NCBI GenBank assembly: GCA_030704615.1 | Contig: CM060734.1 | Location: forward strand, 5,208,001-5,272,000 | Source: Takakia lepidozioides | Lineage: Eukaryota; Plantae; Bryophyta | Direction of reading: 5' to 3' | Length of the DNA stretch: 64,000 bases | Shown: positions 11,797-23,498 of the stretch, piece by piece | How the letters are laid out: every line of letters starts with the position of its first letter | Position numbering within the stretch: position 1 is the stretch's first letter | The notes under the pieces: generated by a model | The model's database searches: none | Seen by the model: the letters and a program-made list of their open reading frames with translations, nothing else | What the model was told of the DNA's origin: nothing | Program-made: the position numbers and the translations under genes

Positions 11797-11948
11797 TTAC
11801 CAGATGTAGTCATCTTCATCGCTACTACTTTCACTACACTCATGGTCAGTGTTGCAATCCTCACTATCTCGGTGCCATGGTTCGTCCCTTCGTGGCGGCC
11901 TCATCATAGCAATAGTAGCCATCTCAGCTTCGGTAAGGGTCGTTGAAG
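11797..11948 (-). CDS. tnpD: Displaced C-terminal tail of the CACTA TnpD transposase
   Basis: Removing 11949-23503 joins ..NPNTEFGPS in frame to TTLTEAEMATIAMMRPP..SSDEDDYIW*. Confidence 0.8.
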
Positions 11949-12915
11949 TGTTAGAGGACTGTCGGGGACTTAGATACTTATACGGGATCTGTACGGTACC
12001 CTTAATTTTTGCACAGACTGAGACCAACAGGAGCATTAGGGGTGACAGCAGCGCACTATAGAGGGGGTTACACAGCCCGTCACAGTCGTCACAGCAGACA
12101 ACAGCCGACACAGCCGACACAGCCCGTCACAAGTCGTCACAGCCGACACAGCCAACACAGCCCGTCACAGTCGTCACAAGCAGAAACAGCCGACACAGCC
12201 ACACAGCCAGTCACAGCCCGACACAGCCCGTCACATCCCGACACAGCCCGTCACAGTTTCACACAGCCAGTCACAGCTTGACACAGCTGTCACGATCATA
12301 GGGAACGGAGAGCAGGACAGGGAACGACTGTGGGGAACAACACCGGCGAAGGGAACATGTTAGTTCACAGACGACGGTTAGTGAGGGAAATGGTTAGTCA
12401 CACGGATAGGAAGATAAAGGGAGAAACGGGGAATTTGGGGGATATCATTCGGAGGAGGACTTCTTGGTCATGGAGGAGAGGGGATCGTGCAGAGATGAAG
12501 AACAGAAGTGAAGATAGAGAGATGATGAGTAGATGCTTGATATAGCAAGGCTGTATGATATTGTAGAGCAGATTAGAGACACAATGGCTTCGGCCTGATA
12601 CCTGATAAATCATAATCGGATACTTTTACGATACAATCACACTGTGTAGAGAGATCTGAGTGAAGCTGTGGAATGAATGGATGAGTTGATGGAATCCAAT
12701 AGATTGATAAAGCAAACTGATACTGAATTATCAATGGTAAGATAGCTAACATGAATGCCAAAGGGAAACAAATAGGAAACACCCCCATGATACACTAGCT
12801 GTAGGTCATGACTGATTGTTCTGCGCGGGCTGAGTACTTAGAGATTTCCAACTCTTCTATCTTGGAGTTTCCGCCTCGAATAGCGAAGGGATGGGTGAGT
12901 AAAAGTCGTGCGACA
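11949..12915 (+). repeat. 5' LTR containing a CACAGCC minisatellite
   Basis: TGTTAG...GCGACA; CACAGC(C)-based array at ~12071-12290; ~99% identical by eye to the 3' LTR outside the array. Confidence 0.88.
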
Positions 12916-12917
12916 TT

Positions 12918-12935
12918 TGGCGACCATACTGGGGA
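12918..12935 (+). promoter_or_regulatory. Primer binding site (tRNA-Arg type)
   Basis: TGGCGACCATACTGGGGA 2 nt after the LTR; resembles the Arg-type PBS TGGCGACTCCACTGGGGA. Confidence 0.75.
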
Positions 12936-13043
12936 ACTAAGTAATGAACAACCAGATGTGACAGGCATCTGGTGGGATCATGGTGGTTGGACCATTAAAG
13001 AATTTGAAGTGAATCAAATTCCCTGTGGAACAAGGAGGAAAGA

Positions 13044-13502
13044 TTGTCCAAACAATTCTTTCAAAGGTTCTTGGAATTGCCAGACGGTTGTAAAGAAAAT
13101 ATTCTTAAGCGAGTGCATGATGCTGATCCGGAATGGGGTCTGGAGAAAGGAGTGATAAAGATTTATCAGGTAGCCTGTAGAGGAAGAGCACATTGGTTAC
13201 CAACATTGGTATATGTGATAGCATTGCTATCCATTAAGCGAGTAGAGTTTGAAGGCTGGGAAGAAAGAAAGGTGAATGTTTATACTCATATGCATGAAGA
13301 GCTTGTACTGGTAAAGAATTGGATTCCAAAGGATATTTTGTGGATCAAACTCACACCAAGAACAGCTTTTCAGACTTGTTTGCCATATGGTTATATGGTA
13401 ACGGAGACTTCAAGTATAGCCAAGGGTGCATTGAAGCTTGAAAGAAACCCAGGCATATACGAGAGATATTACAGAAGAGAGTTTTGGTTATTGCCACATT
13501 AA
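13044..13502 (+). CDS. Unknown ORF upstream of gag (extra 5' ORF or Gag N-terminal extension), degenerate
   Basis: 152-aa protein-like ORF between the PBS and the acidic/Gly-rich pre-Gag region. Confidence 0.4.
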   Translation: MSKQFFQRFLELPDGCKENILKRVHDADPEWGLEKGVIKIYQVACRGRAHWLPTLVYVIALLSIKRVEFEGWEERKVNVYTHMHEELVLVKNWIPKDILWIKLTPRTAFQTCLPYGYMVTETSSIAKGALKLERNPGIYERYYRREFWLLPH

Positions 13503-13801
13503 AAGAAATGAAAGACATGGGACATGAGTGATGAAAGAGAAGCTAGACGCCATAGATATTCAGCAAAAAGATAAAGCTATCTGAAAGCTAATTATCCATA
13601 TCTTTGGGAGAGAGGAATAGACATAGGGGAATCATCTGGACCTCTCACACCATTAAGATCAAAGAGTACATCACCCATACCGGAAGAACTAGAGTTGGAT
13701 GCCACTCCTTCTGTTTCTTTGCAAGAAAGATTAAGGGAATTGGTACAGGAAGAAGATCAATCACGAGGTAAAGATCTGAGGTACATCCCTGGATAAAAGA
13801 T

Positions 13802-16800
13802 TTGACAGAAATCTTTGATAAGAGTTGGCATGGAACACCAAAAGCAGGAACTCCAGCTTCTGAAGCAGACGGTGAAGAAGGAGAAGAGGATGTGGCAGAG
13901 CCAACGGAGAGTTCAGACTCTCCAACACCATTACAGTTGAGTTACATGAGTGAAGAAGAAACCCAAGGGCAGAACTTGGAGGATGAAAACAGAGAGAAGA
14001 AATTGGAAGAGGAAGGATATGAAGAAGTAGACCCAACAGCTGAGGTTGAGACTACAACCAGGACATCCCAACCCGTTGGACCTGGATCAAGTGGAGCACT
14101 TGGATCACAGGCCAACGAAGGTGTCGGCTCAGGGGGATCAGGCGGGCTGCCTAGATCTGGCTCTGGGGGGACAGGGAGTGTGGGAAGTAGTGCAACTGAA
14201 GCTGGGAATACCGTGAATATCGTGGGGCCGGAAGCTGGGAGTGCTCAAGGGCCACCACTTGGTGGAAGATCCACCACAAAAACAACAGGTCCAGGAGGAC
14301 CAGCACCAGCAAGGGTGCCAGCACCTATCAGTGGGCAGAAGGTAGGGCCACAGATGGCGTTACAACCAACACGGGCAAAACACCCTTTCCAATATATTCA
14401 GGAAAAGGGGATCCCGATGTACACATTAGCCAATTTGAGCACATGTGTATAGTGAACAATGAGAATGGCGATGATGCCAAGATGAGATTGTTTCCTTGTT
14501 CACTTATCAAGAAAGCAAGTGAATGGTATGCAAGATTCCCTGATAATCATTTCCTAACCTGGAATGGCTTGAATACAACATTTCGAAATAGGTTCAGGAC
14601 AAGTAAAACTGAGGATGAAGTGTATGGGAGTTTACACACAAGCAGAAAGAGCAGACAGAAGCAGAAATGTTGAAGAGTATATGGAGAAGATGGAATTGAT
14701 GATGAAAAAACTGGCTGCAGTACCAGCACCCGGTTTACAGAAGACTTGGTTTGTGAGTGGACTAAGACCAGAGTTGCAAAAGAAAGTGGATATGTTACCC
14801 CATAATACGGTGGAGGAGGCATTTGAAACTGCTAACAGAATTGAGCAATTGGGAATGCTCAGAAGAGAGAAAAAAGATGATGAGGACTCTGAGGATGAGT
14901 CAGATGAAGAAGAAGAGCAAGAACTAAAAAGAAAGAGTAAGAGAAAGGAGAAGTTGAAGAGGGATAACTATGAAAAAAGATTGGAAGAAATCTTGAAGAA
15001 GTATGCCACAGAGGCTGCAACACATTGGAGGAAATGTGTATGGTGTGCAAAGTGCCAGAATGAAGGCCATACCACCACAGAATGCCACCTGAAGGAGAAA
15101 CACTGTACTATCTATAAAATGGATAACCATTCTACTGAGAATTGTTACTACAACAGAAGGACAGCTGCAAGAGAACCTAGGCAAGTAAGGGTGCATCAGG
15201 TGCAGCCCCAGCCAAGAAGAAACAATGATCAGGACCACTATGGTAGGTCTGGTGGTTATAACAATGGCATGGAAGGGAGAGGTAATTCAAGAGGGAATTA
15301 CCAAGGAAATTCCAGAGGCAACTATCAGGGTAATCCAAGGGGGAATTACCAGCCCGAGAATCAGGATTATAGAAATAATCCAAGAACAGACCAAGGGCGA
15401 GGACCCAATGGTGAAGAACTATGTTACTATTGTAATCAGCCAGGACATCGCAGGGCAGCCTGTTCATTCTGGATAAGACACCAGAATGAGATGAGAGCTC
15501 CTGTGATGAGGGCCCAGTGGTGGCAGCTCACATGGTTAGGCCATGTGTTGTACCAGAAGTAAGTACAATGATAGTAACAAGAAGTAAAGCCAAACTAATA
15601 CCTCTAGTAGTAGAGGAAGAAGATGATAATGAAGGTAGCAATGATATGCCTGAAGATGAAGAGACTTGGAAAGATGAGAAGGAACTGCACAAGGAAGTGG
15701 CAGATACTATAAGGGAAATGCAAAGAGTGCTGATATTCCTGTGGCAGATTCCTCTGATTCTGATGGAGAAGAAGAAGGGAGTGAGGAAGAAAGGAAGAAA
15801 GAAGATGCAGACATGCAAAGTAATGAAGAAACTTTGGCTGAAGTAATATGCCAGACCAAAGCAGAAATTACCATTGGACAGCTATTAGCTGTGGCACCTT
15901 ATTGTAGGCACAGGCTGTATCAAGCAATCAATCGAATTGCCCAGGAGACAGGAAACACAGACCTGAACAGCAAGGTGACCAGTTATAATGTGAAGCCGGA
16001 AGGGCGAGAAATAGTCATGGACTTTGATGATTCTATGTCAGTAATCCAATTGAGAATTGGAAGCACAGAACTAACTGATGTACTGATAGATGGAGGTTCT
16101 GGAGTAAATATCATGACAGACCAATTAAGGAAGAAGCTTGGTCTAAGTAACATGAAACCAGCCCCATTTACAGTAACAATGGCAGATCAAAGAAGTGTAC
16201 AGCCATTGGGATTAATAAGAGGAGTTAAGATACAGATACAGAAGATGATCTTTATAATCACAGTAACTGTGTTGAAAATGGATGAAGTCATGGAGGCTTA
16301 CTCCTTATTATTGGGACGGCCATGGCTGAAACAGGCCAGGGTATTCCATGACTGGAATTCTCAGTTACTAACCGTGCATAATGGGATACACAAGATACAA
16401 ATTACCACAAAGAAATCTAGTAGATTACCTGCTACAAGAAGACCTCGAGGAGTCAGAGAGTATGACTGGAAAGGAGGACTGGATGAGGAGCAGGAAGCTA
16501 CCCTAATTGCTGCACACCCAGAGTAGGAGCAGGTTGCAGAGATGCGTCTGGAAAGCCTAAGTTGTTTGAGAGGTATCTGCTATGGTGTAGTGATAGCAAT
16601 ACCAACTGAAGAGGAAACCAGCATTTACCCATCACATTTCTATGAAGAAAGAGAAGGAGAAATAGAAATCCTAGAAGAACCAGCCACTGTGAGCTTACAG
16701 GATGAAGTGGTGACTGGTTGGACAATCACAGCTGATGAGCAGGTGAGGGAAGTAAATGTGGGAACTAAAGAGGAACCGAGGATGGTGAAAGTAGGAGCTG

Positions 16801-19560
16801 ATTTGGAGCCGGAATTCTTCGAAGAAGCTAAAAGCTTGTTCATCAAATACAGAGATGTATTTGCTGGAGCTATGAGGATCTAAAAGGGATACCACCTGAA
16901 GTCTGTCAGCATAAGATTGAACTGGAACCAGGGTCAGTACCAATCAAGCAGGCGAGGTATAGAATGAATCCCAACTACGCACAGAAGGTTGGAGAAGAGA
17001 TAAAGAAGTTGGCTGAGGCTAAGTTTATATACCCAATAGAGTATACAACTTGGTTGTCACCCATTGTTATAGTTCCCAAGAAGAATGGCAAACTAAGAGT
17101 ATGTGTGAACTATAAGAAGCTGAATGCTTGTACGAAGAAAGATCCTTTCTCTTTGCCATTCACAGAAGCAGTATTAGACACTGTGGCAGGCCATGAGATG
17201 TACTCATTCATGGATGGCTTCAGTGGTTATAATCAAGTGCAAGTGGCAGAAGAAGACCAAGGGAAAACAGCTTTCATCACAGACTGGGGGGATTATGCAT
17301 ACAAAGTCATGCCCTTTGGACTTTGTAATGCACCAGCGACCTTTCAGAGAGTGATAAGTGAATCTTTTCATGAGTATCTGGATGATTTCATGCAGGTATT
17401 CTTGGATGATTTCAGTGTGTACAGCTCTAAGAATGAGCACTTGCATAAATTGGAGTTATGTTTGGCCAGATGCAGGATGAGAGGTCTGGGCCTGAATCCA
17501 GAGAAGTGTACTTTCTGTGTGAACTCAGGGGTGCTTCTGGGACACATTGTGTGTAAGAAGGGACTCCTTGTGGATCCCAGAAAGACAGAGTCCATTAAAG
17601 CCTCTCCACCACCAGTGAATGTTAAGAGTCTAAGGAGATTCCTTGGGCAAACCAGTTATTACAGAAGATTTGTCAAAAGGTATGCACAAATAGCAGCACC
17701 ATTGAGCAAACTACTGAAGAAAGATGCAGTGTTTGCCTGGACAGCTGAATGTCAACAGGCGTTTGAGGAACTTACACTGTCAGTAACAACTACACCTGTG
17801 CTGATTAACCCTCACTGGCATGTAGTATTTCATGTTCACTGCGATGCATCAGGAGAAGCGTTGGGAGCGGTGTTAGCCTAGAATGTTACAGGAAATATAG
17901 ATTCACCTGTGTACTATGCTAGCCGGTTGATGAACAGTGCTGAAAGGAACTATAGCACAACGGAAAGAGAAGCATTGGCAATGATCTATGCAGTGAAGAA
18001 ATTCAGGCATTACCTGTTGGGCAAGAAGTTTATGTTCTATGTGGATCACCAGGCTCTGATATACCTGGTAAACAAACCTCTGATAAGCGGAAGAATAGCA
18101 AGATGGTTGATAATCTTGCACGAGTTTGAGTTCGAGGTTGTTTACAAGCCTGGGAGACTGCATCTTGTGGCGGATCATTTGTCACGGTTATCAACAGGAG
18201 AACCAGCCACAGGAATAGATGATCAATTACCAGATGCGAGTCTCTTTGCAGTGGAGGTGTAGGGAAGTGCAGATGACTGGTTAGATTGGCAGTGGCCAAT
18301 CAGATACTACCTTGCTCATGGTCAGTGCCCACCTAGTTATGGTAAGGAGCAGAGGAAGAGAATCGCTATCAAAGCTTTACCTTATACTATGGTAGGAAGC
18401 AGAATGTATAAGCTAGGACCTGATGGAGTACTAAAACGATGCTTGTACCACCATGAAGTAAATAAAGTTTTGGAGGAAGTTCATAAAGGAGTGGCTGGAG
18501 GTCATTTTGGAGAAGAGACTACCAGTAGGAAGATACTACTCGCAGGTTACTGGTGGCCTACTTTGTTCAAAGATGTACACGAGTATTGTCAGAGTTGTGA
18601 TGAATATCAGAGGCTAGGACCTTTGCAGAGATCTGGAAGGATGGCCTTGCATCCTACAATGCCTACGGAACCATTTCAGAAATGGGGACTAGACTTTGTT
18701 GGACCGATAAACCCACCAGCCAAGAATACACGGAACAGGTATATAATTACAGCCACTGATTATGCTACGAAGTGGGTGGAAGCTAAAGCTCTGAGGGACA
18801 ACACAGCCAAGTCCACAACAAGGTTCATGTATGAGAACATACTTACACGATTTGGCTGTCCCTTAGAATTTATCAGTGATCAGGGAAGTCACTTCATGAA
18901 TGAGACCATTGAGTTGTTGACTAAAGAGTTCATGATTGTACATAGAAAGAGTACAACATATTACCCACAGGGTAATGGGCAGGCAGAGGCTACCAACAAA
19001 ATACTATGTACTATCTTGGCTAAGATAGTCAATGCAAACAGAACGGATTGGGATACAAAGCTGCTGACAGCTTTGTGGTCATACAGGACTTCATACAAAG
19101 TCACCACTAAGTATACACCATTCCAATTAGTTTATGGTATGGAAGCCTTACTTCCAGTGGAATTCCTGTTACCTACCATGAGAACGGAGTGGGGAAAGAG
19201 AATGGAATTGCAAGATTCCATTAAGGTCAAGAAACATGAATTATACCATGTGGAAGAAGTACGTGCTGATGCAGCTGATAATATGACCAGAATTCAGATG
19301 AAGAGAAAGGAACAGTTTGATGAAGGCAAGTTAAAGACTTTTAAGACGGGGGATTTGGTTCTATGGTTGCAGAAGAAAGGAAAGATTAAAGCTTCTAAGC
19401 TTAAATCACCATGGAAAGGACCTTATGTCATACAAAAGATGTATGATAACAACACCGCCATGTTACAAACCATTAATAAAGAAATGCTGGGAAGAGTCAA
19501 TGCCAATAAGTTGAAGGGGTACAGTGGTATCCATGACAAACCATTGCAGCATGATTTACA
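13802..19560 (+). pseudogene. gag-pol: gag-pol of the non-chromoviral Ty3 element, with frameshifts and stops
   Basis: Gag (RLFPCSLIKKASEWY), three CCHC-type knuckles, protease LIDGGSGVNI, RT FMDGFSGYNQ..FLDDFSV, RH HCDASG..YSTTEREALA, integrase GGHFG..WGLDFVGP..SDQGSHF..GQAE..WKGPY. Confidence 0.92.
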
Positions 19561-19662
19561 TGTTGAAACGCAAGAGCAGTCACAAGCTGCACCGGGGTTA
19601 CAAACGGAGTATGGAGCACTTGTCGCTAGGCCAAGCACATATGATCAGGGCGGGCAAAATAA

Positions 19663-19905
19663 GCGTGACACAGCCTATCATAGCCCATCAAGGCGAACCA
19701 CAGCCTATCACAGCTCATCACGACGTGACACAGCCTATCACAGCCCAGCACGGCGCGACACAGCCTATCACAACCTACCACAGCGTGTCACAGCCTATCA
19801 CAGCTTACCACAGCATATCACAGCCTATCACAGCTTACCACAATGCATCACAGCCTATCACAGTGTACCCCAGTATGACACAGCCTGTCACAGCTCAACA
19901 CAGCC
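19663..19905 (+). repeat. 8 x 30-bp tandem repeat (CACAGCCTATCACAGC core), in frame with integrase
   Basis: Translates as eight 10-aa units with a TAYHS-like core in ORF 18389..22036. Confidence 0.9.
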
Positions 19906-20593
19906 TACTAGGGTTACACGATCCATAGAATTAGTGACAGGTGGACGCATAATAACTTCAGGAAAATGGCTGACGGAAGAAAAAACGGAAACTAGTTTAA
20001 AAATAGACACGTGGAGGTCAGGGCGCGACACACAGCTGAGAAGGAAGTGCAAGACCAGGTGTCATAAAGAAAGAGGACAAGAACGGCCGTCAAAAGGGAT
20101 GAAAGGCGGGCCCATTAATGAATACGGAAAAAAGGAAACGGAACGAACGGCAAGTACAGAAAAACGAAATTCTTGTCAGATGTGTGATCCTAGTGGACTA
20201 TCCAGCAGGGAAAGTCCACTAAAGAAAATAAAATCTAAAATCCAGTCACAGCGGAGACAGCCAATAGAAAACCAGAGAAAGGATCAAGAAAATGGAGGGA
20301 AATTGAGCGCAAGAGGCGGCGTCGTTCTGAGTAACGGGCGTCTCGACGGGACAGACCATCAATGCTATAGCTTGGAAACTATGGAGGAACTAACAGATTA
20401 TACGCTCGCAATATTACTTACGCAGCATAGACACGAAAGAACAGAGCGGAGCTTTTCTCTTGAGCGATGCTTGCAAGCCCCGCAAGCTTACAAGAAATTA
20501 CCCATAGCCTTCTGTGGCAACCATACGTTTATGCTTTGTGCACTACAGGCATTTCTGCAGTTGTTACAGCCAAAACAGTTCTGTGAGTCTAAA

Positions 20594-22706
20594 ATGAAGA
20601 GAGTGAGAGGAATGGAGGAAATCAGGGTGAAGAGCACCACAATTTTGCAGAAACAAACGATTGCTACCCCACAGGCGATACAGATACTGGAGGAGCTGAG
20701 ATTGCAAGGATTGCAAAGCCTAGATTGGACATTACATCATAGACAGTACATGTTACAATTTTTGCAGAACTTTGAGCCAAGGACAGGAACAACAACGGTG
20801 AATGGAGTTGAATTGATGATTACTCCCCTATACCTCCAGCAATTGTTTCGATTGCCAGCAGGTCAGGTGCATGTGGAGGAACACAGGGCAAGACTGCAAA
20901 TAAGGGACTTATTCCAAGAAGGGAGTTTCTTTAAAACTCAGGGTTATGCTTGTACCAAGGCTGTGTACCCAGGGCTAAAAGAGGTAGGCCAGGTATTGAA
21001 CGTTCTGATTGCCATGAAACAGAACCAACAGTATTTGAGCAGATCCTTCACGGAGGAAATACTCAAAGGCCTGAAGGGACAAGAGGTACAATGGGCGGAC
21101 ATAATGTACAACGCACTGGTGGAGGAGATGAAAAGATTACAAGGTACTACCGCAAAGTCTCCTATCATAGTGTCTGGCCCAATCATTGCTCAAATAATTC
21201 TTGATTCTGGCATACTTGATGCGCAAGAGAGAAAAGAGATGGGAGTGTTTGAGCCAGAAACCACTGCAATGGAAGAGCAAGGCTCTTCACACAGTGAGGG
21301 TGGACTAGCAGGGCAACCCAAGACTAAGAGGCAGAGACGGGGAAAGACTGTAGTGGCGGATCCACTGGCTTCACGGATTCCGCATGATAATGTTTCCCAA
21401 GCTCATGTGCAGGAAGGGGCACAGCAGCACAGAGAAATGCTATTACTGGAAGCAGGACCTTCAGAGAGGGAGGAGGAAGTTACTTCAGCATCACAACCAT
21501 CACAGCCAGCTGATCGACTTGTCACAAGGTCACAAGTTGTCAATGCAGCTCAACCAGAAATAATTGATTTGGAAAGAGAAGGGTTAGATATTCCAACTAC
21601 AGAACAGATAGTGGCAGAAATGGAGAAGGGGGACCTTCTCTATGAATATTCTGGTCTGGTCAAGGAGACAGAGATTCCAGAGGTGCAACAGTTGCCCAAG
21701 GGAAATCCTGAGGTGCATATAATACACACACCTGTGTCAGAGGTACCACAGGCGGAAGGTCATGACACTGTAGCACCGGTGATAGATGAAGTGGTTCAGG
21801 AAGAAAATCCGGTGGGACAATGGCCTGAGTGGTCCGTGAGACATCACACTGTTGAGGATCAGGAGGAACAGCAGCAACCTCACCATGATGACCCTCAACA
21901 GGCAATGTTGATGAGTTCCATAGGCAGGACACTTAATTTGTTGGGGACTTATGTCAAATGCCATGTTACCAACTACCCAATTGACAGCCTTGAGAGAGGA
22001 ACTCAGGAAGGAGTTCGAGGCTCGACTAGCCACTGAGTGTGCAAACAAGGTCGATGAAGAGGTCACTCTCAAGATGTAGCAGGACTTGGGAAATACAGAA
22101 GCGGCTTTGCAATTGGCCAAGGAACAATTGATTGAGGCAGGCCTCGTGCAAGACCAGTTGCACGAAGCACATAAGCAACAGCTATACCAAATGCAGGTGC
22201 AGCATGAAAGCAAGTTGCAAGAAGTGAATGCACTACATACAGAGTTGCAGACAGTGCATGACAGGATGGCGATACAATGTGCTACATTCACAACTTTGCT
22301 TGACCAATCTGCAAAAGAAATAAACAGTCAAGCGGAAAAATGTACGAAGGCAGAAGAAGAGAATGTTGAGCAAATGAAACTCATTGTCGATATGAAGAAT
22401 ACAATCTGTCGCAATGAGGATGCTTTCAAGCAATACAGGCAGGTTGAAGCTGATCAAGAGAAGCACATCGTGGAGTTGCACCAAACGATCATGGCCAATA
22501 GAAATGAAATCGCGGTCAATAACAAGGTTTGGAGGGAAGCTAATAATCTGGCTGCTGCCTAGGCGAAGTTGGTTGAACCTCATGCGAAGCGCATGGAGGC
22601 TTTACAACACCAGTTAGAAATGTACAAGCTAAGAGAGGAGCAAACTCTCAGGCGAACCACAAGCAACTTGGTGGATAACAGCCTTATGCAGGTCTGGTTA
22701 GCATAG
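20594..22706 (+). pseudogene. Extra 3' ORF of the Ty3 element: globular N-terminal domain, low-complexity linker, coiled-coil C-terminus
   Basis: QFLQNF..TTVNGVELMITPLYLQQLFRLPAG..EVQWADIMYNAL resembles accessory domains of plant retroelements (Transposase_32/PMD-like, by eye). Coiled-coil-like 22086..22562 continues through stops. Confidence 0.65.
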
Positions 22707-23498
22707 TCGTCACAGCCGACACAGCCAACACAGCCCGTCACAGCCCGTCACAGCAGACACAGCCGACACAGCCACACAGCCAGTCACAGCCCGACACAGC
22801 CAAACACAGTCGCACAGCCAGTCACAGCCCGTCACAGTTTCACACAGCCAGTCACAGCTTGACACAGCTGTCACGATCATAGGGAACGGAGAGCAGAACA
22901 GGGAACGACTGTGGGGAACAACACCGGCGAAGGGAACATGTTAGTTCACAGACGACGGTTAGTGAGGGAAACGGTTAGTCACACGGATAGGAAGATAAAG
23001 GGAGAAACGGGGAATTTGGGGATATCATTCGGAGGAGGACTTCTTGGTCATGGAGGAGAGGGGATCGGGCAGAGATGAAGAACGGAAGTGAAGATAGAGA
23101 GATGATGAGTAGATGCTTGATATAGGCAAGGCTGTAATGATATTGTAGAGCAGATTAGAGACACAATGGCTTCGGCCTGATACCTGATAAATCATAATCG
23201 GATACTTTTACGATACAATCACACTGTGTAGAGAGATCTGAGTGAAGCTGTGGAATGAATGGATGAGTTGATGGAATCCAATAGATTGATAAAGCAAACT
23301 GATACTGAATTATCAATGGTAAGATAGCTAACATGAATGCCAAAAGGGAAACAAATAGGAAACACCCCCATGATACACTAGCTGTAGGTCATGACTGATT
23401 GTTCTGCGCGGGCTGAGTACTTAGAGATTTCCAACTCTTCTATCTTGGAGTTTCCGCCTCGAATAGCGAAGGGATGGGTGAGTAAAAGCCGTGCGACA
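22705..23498 (+). repeat. 3' LTR, 5'-truncated (lacks first ~183 bp and PPT)
   Basis: Matches 12132-12915; ends GTGCGACA followed by TGAAG. Confidence 0.88.

Larger units (their letters stand above)
11949..23498 (+). mobile_element. Full-length non-chromoviral Ty3/gypsy LTR retrotransposon (Phygy/Selgy-like), degenerate, inserted in TnpD
   Basis: TSD TGAAG (11944-11948 / 23499-23503), 5' LTR 11949-12915, truncated 3' LTR 22705-23498, PBS, gag, protease, RT, RH, INT and an extra 3' ORF. No chromodomain or archaeal-type RNase H seen. Confidence 0.92.

Noticed and set aside
12288-12915. LTR starting at TGTCACGATC
   Set aside because: Homology between the LTRs extends upstream, and the TGAAG TSD places the start at 11949.
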